Of a stretch of DNA of 64,000 nt, positions 1-9,120 are shown in pieces (the first letter of the stretch is position 1; every line of letters starts with the position of its first letter). The stretch is from contig JAKBJL010000001.1 in the NCBI GenBank assembly GCA_021836035.1, positions 223,765 through 287,764 of the forward strand. The letters are read 5' to 3'. This DNA comes from a bacterium (GTDB lineage: Bacteria > Patescibacteriota > Microgenomatia > JAMCZE01). The notes under the pieces were generated by a model. It was given only the letters and a program-made list of their open reading frames with translations, ran no database searches and was not told where the DNA came from. Made by a program: the position numbers and the translations under genes.

Positions 1-2
1 TG

Positions 3-830
3 TCCGTAGAGGAGAATAAAACAACGCATTCAATTTATAGAATTACCAATACAGACACAAACGAGAAACCTGGAATGCCTTTAAATAGTTATCTAATAGA
101 AATAAACCTTGCTCCTGCTGATGACCTAAAAACTTTTAAACAACGTGCCGGTATTGTTGAAATGACCGGCGAGAAGATAGCGGTTACTATTAAAGATATT
201 AAAATTGATGGATATCCGGCGGTGGAAGTTGAATACCCTAAGGGTTATGAACAAAACAAGAATTATTTTATTGAAGGCAAAAATATTAATGTCCTTATTG
301 CCGGCACAGGAACTAACGGGGGGACCTATCACCAAGTTCTTGACCAAATCCTCGGGACTTTTAAATTTACAGAACAAAACAATAATACTCCTACACCCTC
401 ACAGGTTCCGGTACTTTCCAAAAAGCTTTTATCTACTGTAGGTTGGCGGATTGCCTCTAATAATACTTTTTCAGTCAAATACCCCGCCGATATCTACAAT
501 CCCCAAATAATGGAAAAATCAATACAATTAGTTCCTAAAACCAATGTCGGCAATGACCGGACAAAAAGTCCGGATTTCCTGGTAGCGGATAACTATAGCG
601 GGGGTTCAAGAAGAGGGTGGTATGCGAATACTTATTCTTTCTATCCTTCTGAAGTGGCGGCCACGGAGGTTTTACTTGGTAATATAAGCGCTTTGGAGGT
701 ACGGCCTAACAGCCAGAAGACAATAGATAGTATTTTGGTCACAAAAGGAAATACTTTGTTGGGTATTAAAGTTCAGTCTGCAGATTTACAGACGGTGGAA
801 ACGATGGTCTCCACAATTGTTTTTAAATGA
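3..830 (+). CDS. PsbP-like secreted/surface protein, 5'-truncated by the window edge
   Basis: The frame is open from position 3. It has two PsbP-like units, ending DQILGTFKF and ETMVSTIVFK, with a W-x7-FSVKYP motif typical of CPR PsbP-like proteins. Confidence 0.7.
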   Translation, partial: SVEENKTTHSIYRITNTDTNEKPGMPLNSYLIEINLAPADDLKTFKQRAGIVEMTGEKIAVTIKDIKIDGYPAVEVEYPKGYEQNKNYFIEGKNINVLIAGTGTNGGTYHQVLDQILGTFKFTEQNNNTPTPSQVPVLSKKLLSTVGWRIASNNTFSVKYPADIYNPQIMEKSIQLVPKTNVGNDRTKSPDFLVADNYSGGSRRGWYANTYSFYPSEVAATEVLLGNISALEVRPNSQKTIDSILVTKGNTLLGIKVQSADLQTVETMVSTIVFK

Positions 831-859
831 AATCTTCTGCAAAAGCCAGAAATATATTA

Positions 860-1075
860 ATGATATTTCTGGTGGCCCCTCTATTAGCTTACGCTTCCGC
901 TGCGGGATATTTTTATCTCCAAAACTAGCAGCTAAAACAACCGCCGTTAGTTATGCCTCCGATTACTGTAGCTCCGCCTGTTGATCCTACAGCTAATCCC
1001 GGTTAAATCGGAGCCAATTGGAAAACATACGCGAACTCTAAATATGGTTATGAATTTAAATGTTCGGATAAATAA
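860..1075 (+). pseudogene. Pseudogene of a PsbP-like paralogue of 2326..3291
   Basis: The frame from ATG 860 reads MIFLV...SAAGYFYLQN*...NWKTYANSKYGYEFK, matching SAAGYFYLQ...NWKEYTNSRFGFKLKYP of the 2326 ORF. In-frame stops are at 926-928, 1004-1006 and 1073-1075. Confidence 0.75.
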
Positions 1076-1609
1076 ACTCATAACACAAAGGTTACAAATG
1101 GTAATGGCAAAACCACCCCTTTGTATCAAGAGGGTTGTTTTGAAGGGCAAAACCAATTTAGGACTTCTGTTTTTAAACGACGAAATATTAACCAATTAAG
1201 TAAAGACGAAATTGAGAGGGAATTAAGCGACGGCACCGCCCCGGATTTACGGCGGAAGTCGGAACTTACCCCTTTTAGAATTAAAGCGGTAAAAGCCGGC
1301 AACGGGCCGGGTTCCTGGGGGGGTTTGGCCCTTCCGGGGAAAAGCGGGGTTACCCGTAACTTTTTTATCTCCGGGCTCACGAGCTTAGTGCTTTTGCGGT
1401 AAGATTTAACCGGACCGTTCGGGAAGAGCCTGCCGATGCCCGCGTAGAACATCTGTGGGATATGGAAATGTTTTACAAAGGCCAGACACCGCTTCTTTAT
1501 GCATGAACATTTAGAAAACTTAAGTTGTCTGACCCCTGATTCCAAATTCTATTTTCGAATTCTGTCACGCTCTACCGTAGGCACTTTTTACGGGAGAATA
1601 ATTTTTAAA

Positions 1610-2065
1610 CTATCGTCCGCCAATAGAATCAAGCGCTTTACCGATAGCTCCCATAACCCGGGGGAAGCGTTGCTCAAGATTGTTCCATGTTCTATCCAGC
1701 AGATCTGACTGGGAAGACTTATGAACATTATCTTGCAATGCGGTAAACTTAGTTTCAAATTTATCCCCCTCTTGTTGCCCGGCTGAAGCTTGCAAGTCGT
1801 GTCTAACCTGTTCCATCTGCCTAGATGCCGGCGTTCCGCTATACTTATCCCCGCGGCCTTGCTCATAGCGCCTTATTTTTGTTTCTGCTGCGCGACTGGA
1901 CTGAGAGCCTCTAATTTCTGACAATGAGACGGGTTTTCCGTTGAGAGTCGACTCGCCATCGACCATTCGCACTCGGGATATATCTTTTTCCGAAAGTCTT
2001 CCAAACTCATCTTTGCCTTCAGCCATAGCTAGATTAGTATAAGGCTGCCACTTGGAAGAAGTCAA
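1610..2065 (-). CDS. Hypothetical protein (probable start MAEGKDEF at 2026)
   Basis: ORF track; charged hydrophilic composition; no recognisable motif. Confidence 0.5.
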   Translation of the reverse strand: MTSSKWQPYTNLAMAEGKDEFGRLSEKDISRVRMVDGESTLNGKPVSLSEIRGSQSSRAAETKIRRYEQGRGDKYSGTPASRQMEQVRHDLQASAGQQEGDKFETKFTALQDNVHKSSQSDLLDRTWNNLEQRFPRVMGAIGKALDSIGGR

Positions 2066-2290
2066 TTAGAAGCGATTGGTGGGGCCAAACGGCGGAATCG
2101 GAAACCGTTTTAACAACACCATTCTTGATTACTACCTTTTTGGCTTTCTTTTGTGAGCTCCCCTCTTTGCCCGCCGAAACTACGTTAATATCCCCTTAGT
2201 TGTTATAACCATCTATATCGTTTTTAAAACCCGTGGTTTTTATGTTAAAGGGGGATCAAAAGTCCAATAGGTACCGGACAGGACATTATA

Positions 2291-2319
2291 TTGACAACCT
2301 ATTTTACGCCTGACACAAT
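2291..2319 (+). promoter_or_regulatory. sigma70-type promoter for 2326 ORF
   Basis: TTGACA-N17-CACAAT with a TG extension, a few nt upstream of the start codon. Confidence 0.55.
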
Positions 2320-2325
2320 GAAACT

Positions 2326-3291
2326 GTGATGAAGAATAGGGGGAATATTCTGGTAGTCGTGCTTGCGGTTTTTCTTTTGGCTTCAGTTTCCGCTGCGGGC
2401 TATTTTTATCTTCAATACCGGCGCATAAAACCTGAGCCTACCAAAACCCAGCTTGTCCCTTCGGGGACCCTGATTCCCACCCAAGCCCGGGATAAAACGG
2501 TTAACTGGAAAGAATATACGAATTCTAGATTTGGATTTAAGTTAAAGTATCCTGATTCCTGGTATGTCGACGATAAATCCAATAATAATTATGTTTTTAT
2601 AAATGCGGAAAAGGAGAAACAGATGACACTTGCGAGTTCCAGCGGGAATATTGTTATTTGGCTTATGTCGGAGGATGTGAAAGCTAAGACCATTGATGAT
2701 TTCATGGACAATTTTATGTCGTCAATTAATCCAGCAACCGGTACTAAAGAGAATATAGTTTATAAGTACCTAAACAAAACTACGGTTGGTGGTAAAAATG
2801 CCTGGCTGACAACCGGGGGCTGTTGCGGATCAAACGGAAAGAACATTTTTGTTCTGGGGGATAGGAAATTATTAGTTATTACCCTGGAAGAAATAACTAA
2901 CCCCGACTTTTCTAAAAATATACCTATTTATGACCAAATCCTCGGGACGTTTAAATTTATTGAGGGAACTCCCGAAGAGCCCCGGGTAACTGTCCCGGTA
3001 GCAAATAGCAAAGTAACCAACCCGCTTACAATTTCCGGGACGGTACCTCCCGGCTGGATGTTTGAGGGGGTATTCCCCCTGAAACTTACGGACGCAACCG
3101 GAAAAGTTATTGCCGAAGGCCGGGGGAAAGAAACCGTTCCCGGTTCCTGGCAGAGCGGCAAAGCGGCCGTTTTCTCGGCAAAAATTACTTTTTCGACTAC
3201 CGCTAAATCCGGCCTTCTGGTTTTAAGTAACGACAACCCCGGCGGTGATCCGGCTAAATTAAAATCTTTCAGTATCCCGGTAAATTTTTGA
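2326..3291 (+). CDS. Membrane-anchored PsbP-like + Gmad2 Ig-like domain protein
   Basis: N-terminal TM; WKEYTN..FKLKYP and DQILGTFKF (PsbP-like); C-terminal 'VTVPVANSKVTNPLTISG...WMFEGVFP...NDNPGG' resembles the Gmad2 Ig-like domain. Confidence 0.7.
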   Translation: MMKNRGNILVVVLAVFLLASVSAAGYFYLQYRRIKPEPTKTQLVPSGTLIPTQARDKTVNWKEYTNSRFGFKLKYPDSWYVDDKSNNNYVFINAEKEKQMTLASSSGNIVIWLMSEDVKAKTIDDFMDNFMSSINPATGTKENIVYKYLNKTTVGGKNAWLTTGGCCGSNGKNIFVLGDRKLLVITLEEITNPDFSKNIPIYDQILGTFKFIEGTPEEPRVTVPVANSKVTNPLTISGTVPPGWMFEGVFPLKLTDATGKVIAEGRGKETVPGSWQSGKAAVFSAKITFSTTAKSGLLVLSNDNPGGDPAKLKSFSIPVNF

Positions 3292-3339
3292 CCCCTAACG
3301 CCGTACTGCGAATCCCCCCGCTTTTGTGGTATATAATCC

Positions 3340-3401
3340 AGCTAATTAGCTAAAAGCTAAAATCTTTTGCTATTTGCCATTTGCTATTGGCTATTTGCCG
3401 A
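3340..3401. repeat. Heptamer-periodic imperfect inverted repeat in the dnaG leader
   Basis: Three agctaa units on the left arm; ttgctat/ttgccat/ttgctat/tggctat on the right arm. Confidence 0.6.
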
Positions 3402-3405
3402 AGGT

Positions 3406-5217
3406 ATGTCCGATTTAGATTTAATTAAACAAAAACTCGATATTGTCCAGTTCATCTCCGAATACGTGCCCTTAAAAAAGGCGGGCCGGAATTTTACCGG
3501 ACTTTGCCCTTTCCATTCCGAAAAAACCCCCTCCTTCGTTGTTTCTCCGGACCGGCAGATCTGGCATTGTTTCGGCGCCTGCCAAACGGGGGGCGATATT
3601 GCCGGTTTTTTAATGCGGATCGAAAATCTGGAATTCCCCGAAGCCTTAAGGACCCTGGCTAAAAGGGCGGGGGTGGCCTTAAAAACTTATGAATCCACGG
3701 AAACTTCCCGCCTGCGGGATAAGATTTTGGAAATCAACCATCTGGCCGCGGAATATTATCATTATATTTTAACTTCCCACCTGGTCGGCGAGCCGGCCCG
3801 GGAATATCTTACTGACCGCCAAATTTCCGAAGGGTCACTTAAGCTTTTTAAAATCGGCTACGCCCCGCGGGCCTGGGACAGTTTAATTAAATACCTGACC
3901 AAAAAAGGTTATACGACGCCGGATTTAAATATTGCCGGTTTGGTATCTCTAAGCGACAAAGGACACGCTTTCGACCGTTTCCGGGGGCGGGTAATTTTTA
4001 CCCTTTTTGACCACCGCGACAATGTTGTCGGTTTTGCCGGCCGTCTTTTGGATCCGGAAGCTAAAGAAGCCAAGTACATCAACACCGCCGAGACCCCGGT
4101 TTATACCAAGGGTAATGTTTTATACGGTTTAAATGTTACCCGCGAAGCGATCAAAGCCGCGGGCAGCGCGGTAGTGGTCGAGGGGGAAATCGACGCCATC
4201 CAAAGTTTCCAGGCGGGGATTAAAAACGTGGTGGCGATCAAGGGTTCGGCCCTAACCGAAGGCCAGGTAAGTTTGCTGAAGCGTTATACGGAAAATATTA
4301 TTCTTTCTTTGGATGCGGATTTTGCCGGCGACAGCGCCGCCCGGCGCGGGATTGAAACGGCGGATAAAGCGGGCCTAAGTATTAAGGTAGTCCGTCTGCT
4401 TTACGGCAAAGACCCGGATGATTGTGTTAAAAAAGACCCCGGGCTTTGGCAAAAATCCGTGGATTCCGCCGTCCCTTTTTACGATTTTATTATCGATAGC
4501 GCTTTAAGCCGTTTTGATAAAACCACCGCTGACGGTAAAGGGAAAATTGTCTCCGCGGCGGCTAAATATTTAGTTGCCGTGGAAAATATGATTGTTAAGG
4601 ACCACTATGTGAAGCGTTTATCCGCGCTGCTTGCTATCTCCGAAGAAGCGATTAACGCGGAAATGGAGCGTGAAGCCCGGAAAGCGAGCCTGGGAACCGG
4701 CCCCGAAACGGTTGCGGCGTCTCCCGACATGGTCGGGACAAGCCGGGCCCAAAGTGTCGAAGAGTACCTGCTGGCCTTGCTTTTACAATGTTGTTGCCCC
4801 TGGGACCATGTGGTTCTGATTAAAAAAAGGCTCTTGCCGGCCGATTTTGCCAGTCCCGCCCGCGGGCGCATTTACGAACTGCTTTTGGCTACGGATGAAG
4901 CCTATAAGGCAGCCGATTTTATTAAAAACTTGCCGCCGGAGTTAATGGAACTGGCGGATAAACTCTACCTACTAAATGTCGGGGATATCCCTGATGATCC
5001 GGTGAAGGCGGGGGCGGAAATTTCCCTGGCTGCCTGGGAGGTTCGGGAGCTTTCCCTGCGGGAAAAATTGCGCCAAATAAGCCTGGAGATTAAGGCTCAG
5101 GGGCTCGCGGAAGAAAAAAAGCTGGAGACGGAATTTGACACTATCTCCCGGGAATTGCAGACGCTTCTGCGGTCCCGGGCGCTGGTAACGGAAGGTTCCT
5201 TAGCCTTGAAACAGTAA
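3406..5217 (+). CDS. dnaG: DNA primase
   Basis: CHC2 Zn finger CPFHSEKTPSF...CFGAC, DRFRGR, KYINT, TOPRIM VVEGEID and DAD..G, KDPDD. ATG at 3406 is preferred over TTG 3367. Lies upstream of rpoD. Confidence 0.97.
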   Translation: MSDLDLIKQKLDIVQFISEYVPLKKAGRNFTGLCPFHSEKTPSFVVSPDRQIWHCFGACQTGGDIAGFLMRIENLEFPEALRTLAKRAGVALKTYESTETSRLRDKILEINHLAAEYYHYILTSHLVGEPAREYLTDRQISEGSLKLFKIGYAPRAWDSLIKYLTKKGYTTPDLNIAGLVSLSDKGHAFDRFRGRVIFTLFDHRDNVVGFAGRLLDPEAKEAKYINTAETPVYTKGNVLYGLNVTREAIKAAGSAVVVEGEIDAIQSFQAGIKNVVAIKGSALTEGQVSLLKRYTENIILSLDADFAGDSAARRGIETADKAGLSIKVVRLLYGKDPDDCVKKDPGLWQKSVDSAVPFYDFIIDSALSRFDKTTADGKGKIVSAAAKYLVAVENMIVKDHYVKRLSALLAISEEAINAEMEREARKASLGTGPETVAASPDMVGTSRAQSVEEYLLALLLQCCCPWDHVVLIKKRLLPADFASPARGRIYELLLATDEAYKAADFIKNLPPELMELADKLYLLNVGDIPDDPVKAGAEISLAAWEVRELSLREKLRQISLEIKAQGLAEEKKLETEFDTISRELQTLLRSRALVTEGSLALKQ

Positions 5218-5244
5218 GGGGTAAAGCGTAGAATTGCAGTTGCT

Positions 5245-6384
5245 ATGCCAAAAACGCCCAAATCCGCCAAGCCCAAAACTTCTGATAAACCAGCACGCAC
5301 AACGATTCCCCTGCCGCTCGGAGCTGAGGAATTGCTGAAAAAGGGCAAAGATTCGGGGTTTGTAACCCAGGAAGAAGTTTTAACCGTTTTCCCCAAAGCC
5401 GAAGACCACCTTGTCGAACTGGACGAATTCTATGACCGGCTGTTAAAAACCAATATCGATCTTTTTGAAACCACGGCCGGGGAGTTGGAAGAGGCTAATA
5501 AATCGGTTTCGGACCTGGAGAAAGAGTTGGAAGCCCTTGCCGCCCTGGAAGAAGTCGGCTCGACGGATCCCGTTCGCATGTATTTAAAGGAGATCGGTAA
5601 AGTTAAGCTCTTAAACGCCAAGGAGGAAGTGGATTTAGCGAAAAAAGCGGAAAAGGGCGATAAAAAAGCTAAAGCAAAACTGATTGAATCCAACCTGCGA
5701 TTGGTTGTTTCCATCGCTAAGCGCTACGTCGGGCGGGGGATGACCATGCTCGATTTGATTCAAGAAGGAAACCAGGGCTTAATCCGGGCGACGGAAAAAT
5801 ACGACTGGAGGAGGGGCTATAAATTTTCTACCTACGCTACCTGGTGGATCCGCCAGGCTATTACTCGGGCGATTGCCGACCAGGCCAGAACAATCCGGAT
5901 TCCAGTTCACATGGTGGAAACGATCAACCGTTTTATCCGGACCAAAAACAGGTTGACGGCGGAAATGGGGCACGAACCGACACCGGAAGAGATTGCCCGG
6001 GAAATGCAGGTTGATATCGGCAAAGCCCGGGAAATTATGAAAATTTCCCAGGAACCGACGAGTTTGCAGACCAAAATCGGCGACGATGAAGACAGCGTTC
6101 TGGGCGATTTTATTCAGGATGTTACCCAGCCGTCGCCTTACGACCAGACGAGCAAAGTACTGCTTCGGGAACAACTGGAAGAAGTTTTAGCGACGTTAAA
6201 CGACCGCGAGCGAAAAGTTTTAATCATGCGTTTCGGTCTGGAAGACGGCCGGCCGCGCACTTTGGAAGAAGTCGGCAAGGCTTTCGGAGTTACCCGCGAG
6301 CGGATCCGCCAAATAGAAGCGAAGGCAATTAGAAAACTAAAGCACCCTTCTAGGGCTAAAAAATTAAAGGATTACCTCGAGTAA
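5245..6384 (+). CDS. rpoD: RNA polymerase primary sigma factor
   Basis: [64 protein letters not shown]. Confidence 0.98.
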   Translation: MPKTPKSAKPKTSDKPARTTIPLPLGAEELLKKGKDSGFVTQEEVLTVFPKAEDHLVELDEFYDRLLKTNIDLFETTAGELEEANKSVSDLEKELEALAALEEVGSTDPVRMYLKEIGKVKLLNAKEEVDLAKKAEKGDKKAKAKLIESNLRLVVSIAKRYVGRGMTMLDLIQEGNQGLIRATEKYDWRRGYKFSTYATWWIRQAITRAIADQARTIRIPVHMVETINRFIRTKNRLTAEMGHEPTPEEIAREMQVDIGKAREIMKISQEPTSLQTKIGDDEDSVLGDFIQDVTQPSPYDQTSKVLLREQLEEVLATLNDRERKVLIMRFGLEDGRPRTLEEVGKAFGVTRERIRQIEAKAIRKLKHPSRAKKLKDYLE

Positions 6385-6392
6385 ATATTCGC

Positions 6393-6499
6393 AGCACGAA
6401 GCACGAATTCCGAATCAGTTTTCCGAATCCTGAACCCAAAACGTTTTTAACATTAGAATCTCCGTCATTTGAATTTGTTTCGGATTCCGATATTCGGAT
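6393..6499. repeat. Heptamer-periodic long imperfect palindrome between convergent genes (possible terminator or miniature element)
   Basis: agcacga-agcacga-attccga...ttcggat-tccgata-ttcggat. Confidence 0.6.
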
Positions 6500-7033
6500 T
6501 TATCTTGCGAGCGGGCAGGAATTCCAGAGCCCCCTATTGTTGTCGCGCGCTTCGCGTTCCGCGGTTAAAAATTGATCGGCGAATTTAACGTCCGGCGGAA
6601 AAGTAGCCGCCCGGGCAAAGCCTTCCCGGACTAAATAATCGTTGACGAAAATGTCGTCTACATAGACGTAGCGCAGCAGTCGGCCGTATTTGTCGGTTTC
6701 GGAGACATCTTTTACCATGCGGACGGTTTTTCCTAATACCAGCTGTTCGTTTTTGGTCTTTGCTTCTTCCCCGAAGCATTGGACCGGCTTGCGCGGGTCC
6801 ACCGTTTCCGGGGTATCAATCCCGATATAGCGGACTTTTTGGCCGTTTTCTAGTTCAATTGTATCTCCGTCCACTATCCGGGTAACCAGCGTCCCGGAAC
6901 CGGAAGCAACCGGCGGCGCGGGGATAAGGGAAAGATGAGGTGTCTGGCTTAGCCCACGGGGAAAGGGGAAATAATAGGGGACGAGGACGATAACGGCAAG
7001 AGCTACGAGAAAAAGCGCCGACAATTGTTTCAC
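6500..7033 (-). CDS. Thermonuclease (SNase family), membrane-anchored
   Basis: IVDGDTI, VRYIGIDTPE, DKYGRLLRYVY, A...RGLW; N-terminal hydrophobic helix. Confidence 0.92.
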   Translation of the reverse strand: MKQLSALFLVALAVIVLVPYYFPFPRGLSQTPHLSLIPAPPVASGSGTLVTRIVDGDTIELENGQKVRYIGIDTPETVDPRKPVQCFGEEAKTKNEQLVLGKTVRMVKDVSETDKYGRLLRYVYVDDIFVNDYLVREGFARAATFPPDVKFADQFLTAEREARDNNRGLWNSCPLAR

Positions 7034-7074
7034 TAGCCGTAATATACCACGTAAAAGCTTTATGAGAACGGCCG

Positions 7075-7539
7075 CTAGGGGTTTTGGCAGGCTTCCAAAA
7101 CAGAGGCCCCGGGGATTTTTTTAAGGTCCGCGGTCCGATACCGGAAGGTTTCCGTAAAACTGCCGGTTCCCCCGTTTAAAAATTCCCGGCTGAACACTGC
7201 CGGGTCAATATAGGTAGGAAGATTCGGGATATAGGGGCGGGCGGCGCCGAAAGGCAAGCCGGTCAACTTTTCAAATTCTTCTTTTGTCGCAAACCGGAGA
7301 TCGCTGATTTTTAGTGCCTTTTTAATTTTTTTAAAATCCAGGCGGTCATCCCCCTTTTTGAGAATTAAAATGAAGTGGTCGTCGGCTTTCATTACCAACG
7401 AAGCAACGCAATCGGCAACGGTTTTACCCAGATATTTTTGGACTTCTTCCGGGCTGACTAGGTAAGGGTGGGTAAAAACCTCGTGGCCAATTCCCAGCGA
7501 GGTGAGAGCTTGGCGGTAATCGACGACTGCCCGATTCAT
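7075..7539 (-). CDS. YbaK/EbsC-family aminoacyl-tRNA deacylase-like protein
   Basis: LDFKKIK..L...LRFATKEE..LTG...GA..P and GGTG motifs. The usual conserved Lys (VKT) reads VAS, so activity is uncertain. Confidence 0.75.
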   Translation of the reverse strand: MNRAVVDYRQALTSLGIGHEVFTHPYLVSPEEVQKYLGKTVADCVASLVMKADDHFILILKKGDDRLDFKKIKKALKISDLRFATKEEFEKLTGLPFGAARPYIPNLPTYIDPAVFSREFLNGGTGSFTETFRYRTADLKKIPGASVLEACQNP

Positions 7540-7540
7540 T

Positions 7541-7795
7541 TTAGTTTTTGCTTTCCCGCTCAACAGTGATGGAGCACTCGGTAACTAAAGCGGCTATAGT
7601 ACCGACCGCGGCAAAGGCGGGAACGAGCACCGCCCCGACCACACCGACGGTCAGGGGAAATTCCACCAGAGTTTTCCCCTCCTTATTTTTAATAATAATC
7701 TTGCGGATATTTCCTTCGCGGACCAGCTCTTTAAATTTTTTCAGCAGTTCGTCGCCCTTGATGTTAAAGGTTTCCGTTTTCGGTTTTTTCAGCAT
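7541..7795 (-). CDS. DUF4342 family protein
   Basis: KELVREGNIRKIIIK...EFPLTVGVVGA...ALVTECSITVER. Confidence 0.85.
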   Translation of the reverse strand: MLKKPKTETFNIKGDELLKKFKELVREGNIRKIIIKNKEGKTLVEFPLTVGVVGAVLVPAFAAVGTIAALVTECSITVERESKN

Positions 7796-7839
7796 GGAGA
7801 TATCTTACCACCAAAAAGACGACCGGAAAAAATTTGAAA

Positions 7840-8595
7840 TTAAAAGTGAAATACCGTTTTGAGAGCGGAAATAAATTGCTGGACTAATAATTCCAAAGAA
7901 TTTTGTTTGGACTTAAGTTCTTCGTTTTCCTTCTCCAGCCGGGATACTTTAGTTTCTAATTCATTAAGGGCTTTATTGGTTTCGGATTGCTGATTGTCCG
8001 CGGCTTTTTCTTCTCTTCCCTTATTCTCCGGCACGGGCGTGGGGGATTTGGTTACCGTTATTTCCGTCCTTTCCTGCTCGTTAGTTACGGTGGGGGTAGT
8101 TTCCGCCTCCGTTTTATAAGTGTCGCTAATTCCTTTATTGCATACTTCCTGCATAACGGAGGCTTTTAGGTTTACTTTTTCGGAGTCGTTACTTTCCTGA
8201 ACTACCGTTAACTCGCCGTTTCTTTCCTCCCGCCTTAATCCCTGAATTGTAATATAGGTATCCATTTTTAAATACATCTCTGTTGTTTTAGAGGCAGATT
8301 CGGCTGGTTCGCTATGTAGCAGTTTCGAAGAGGTATCCCAAAATTTAATCCGGTAGGCGTTTGCTCCCGCTACGCTATCCCAACTTACGGTGGCCCAAGG
8401 CCAGTTATTCTTGCAGAAAAAGTTTCCGACCGTGACATTTTGGGGGTTTGGCAGGGCTACGCTTTGTTCGCTCAATACCATAGGTCTGTTGATCTTGTTT
8501 ATCAGAAGAATTACCAAAGCAAATACTCCTGCTAAAATGAGACCGTATAGGGGATTGGTGTAAAGCCGTACGGAACTGCCTTTTCTTATGCCCAT
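7840..8595 (-). CDS. Hypothetical membrane-anchored protein with FN3-like segment and C-terminal coiled coil
   Basis: TM helix, 'VSWDSVAGANAYRI', heptad-rich C-terminus. Confidence 0.6.
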   Translation of the reverse strand: MGIRKGSSVRLYTNPLYGLILAGVFALVILLINKINRPMVLSEQSVALPNPQNVTVGNFFCKNNWPWATVSWDSVAGANAYRIKFWDTSSKLLHSEPAESASKTTEMYLKMDTYITIQGLRREERNGELTVVQESNDSEKVNLKASVMQEVCNKGISDTYKTEAETTPTVTNEQERTEITVTKSPTPVPENKGREEKAADNQQSETNKALNELETKVSRLEKENEELKSKQNSLELLVQQFISALKTVFHF

Positions 8596-8697
8596 GTGTT
8601 TCTTAATTTAGTTTATCTTAGGCTGCCCGGCCGTGTCAAATTATTTTTCCTTAAATTCTATTCTCTTCTGGGTTCCCGGAGGGAAAGGTAGGTAGAC

Positions 8698-8907
8698 CTA
8701 CGGGGAAAAGCGGTTGGGGTTTTCGATCCGGCTCTTAACTTTATTGACGGCGTCATAAGCGCCCCGATAATTTTCTGTTTGCACATTGTCCACCCCGCTG
8801 GTTAATAATAAAGTCTTCCCCATCAGAAGTGCGGCAATTATTCCCAACGCGACGAGTACTATTCCAATTACCAGCCAGGTAATCATAGAGCCGGAGTTAG
8901 CTTTCAT
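8698..8907 (-). CDS. Small single-TM protein
   Basis: 69-aa ORF with a hydrophobic N-terminal helix. Confidence 0.5.
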   Translation of the reverse strand: MKANSGSMITWLVIGIVLVALGIIAALLMGKTLLLTSGVDNVQTENYRGAYDAVNKVKSRIENPNRFSP

Positions 8908-8982
8908 CTTCCACTCTTTTCATTTTACTCCCCGCCCGGGGAATGGTAAAATTACAACCGCAACTTGGAAATATAATAAAAG

Positions 8983-9048
8983 TTAATATTCCCCTGCCTG
9001 CCCGCCCTGGTCCCAAGCTTGTCGAGGGACGAAGGAGGGTAGCTAGAG
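8983..9048 (+). repeat. Degenerate duplicate of the tRNA-Asn 5' end interrupted by a 43-bp palindromic insert
   Basis: TTAATATTCCCCTG at 8983-8996 equals 9079-9092. After the insert (8997-9039) the sequence resumes TAGCT-AGAG, as in the tRNA D-arm. Confidence 0.6.
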
Positions 9049-9120
9049 GGATACTCAAAGAAAAAGAACATTTAAATTTTAATATTCCCCTGTAGCTCAG
9101 TTGGTAGAGCGCCTCGCTGT

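Noticed and set aside
860-1075. Stop-codon recoding as an explanation for the interrupted ORF
   Set aside because: The stops are mixed (TAG, TAA, TAA), and conserved genes terminate normally at all three stop codons; this is a pseudogene.
3367-3405. N-terminal extension MLFAICYWLFAEG of DnaG
   Set aside because: It is the translation of the heptamer repeat; ATG 3406 fits DnaG.
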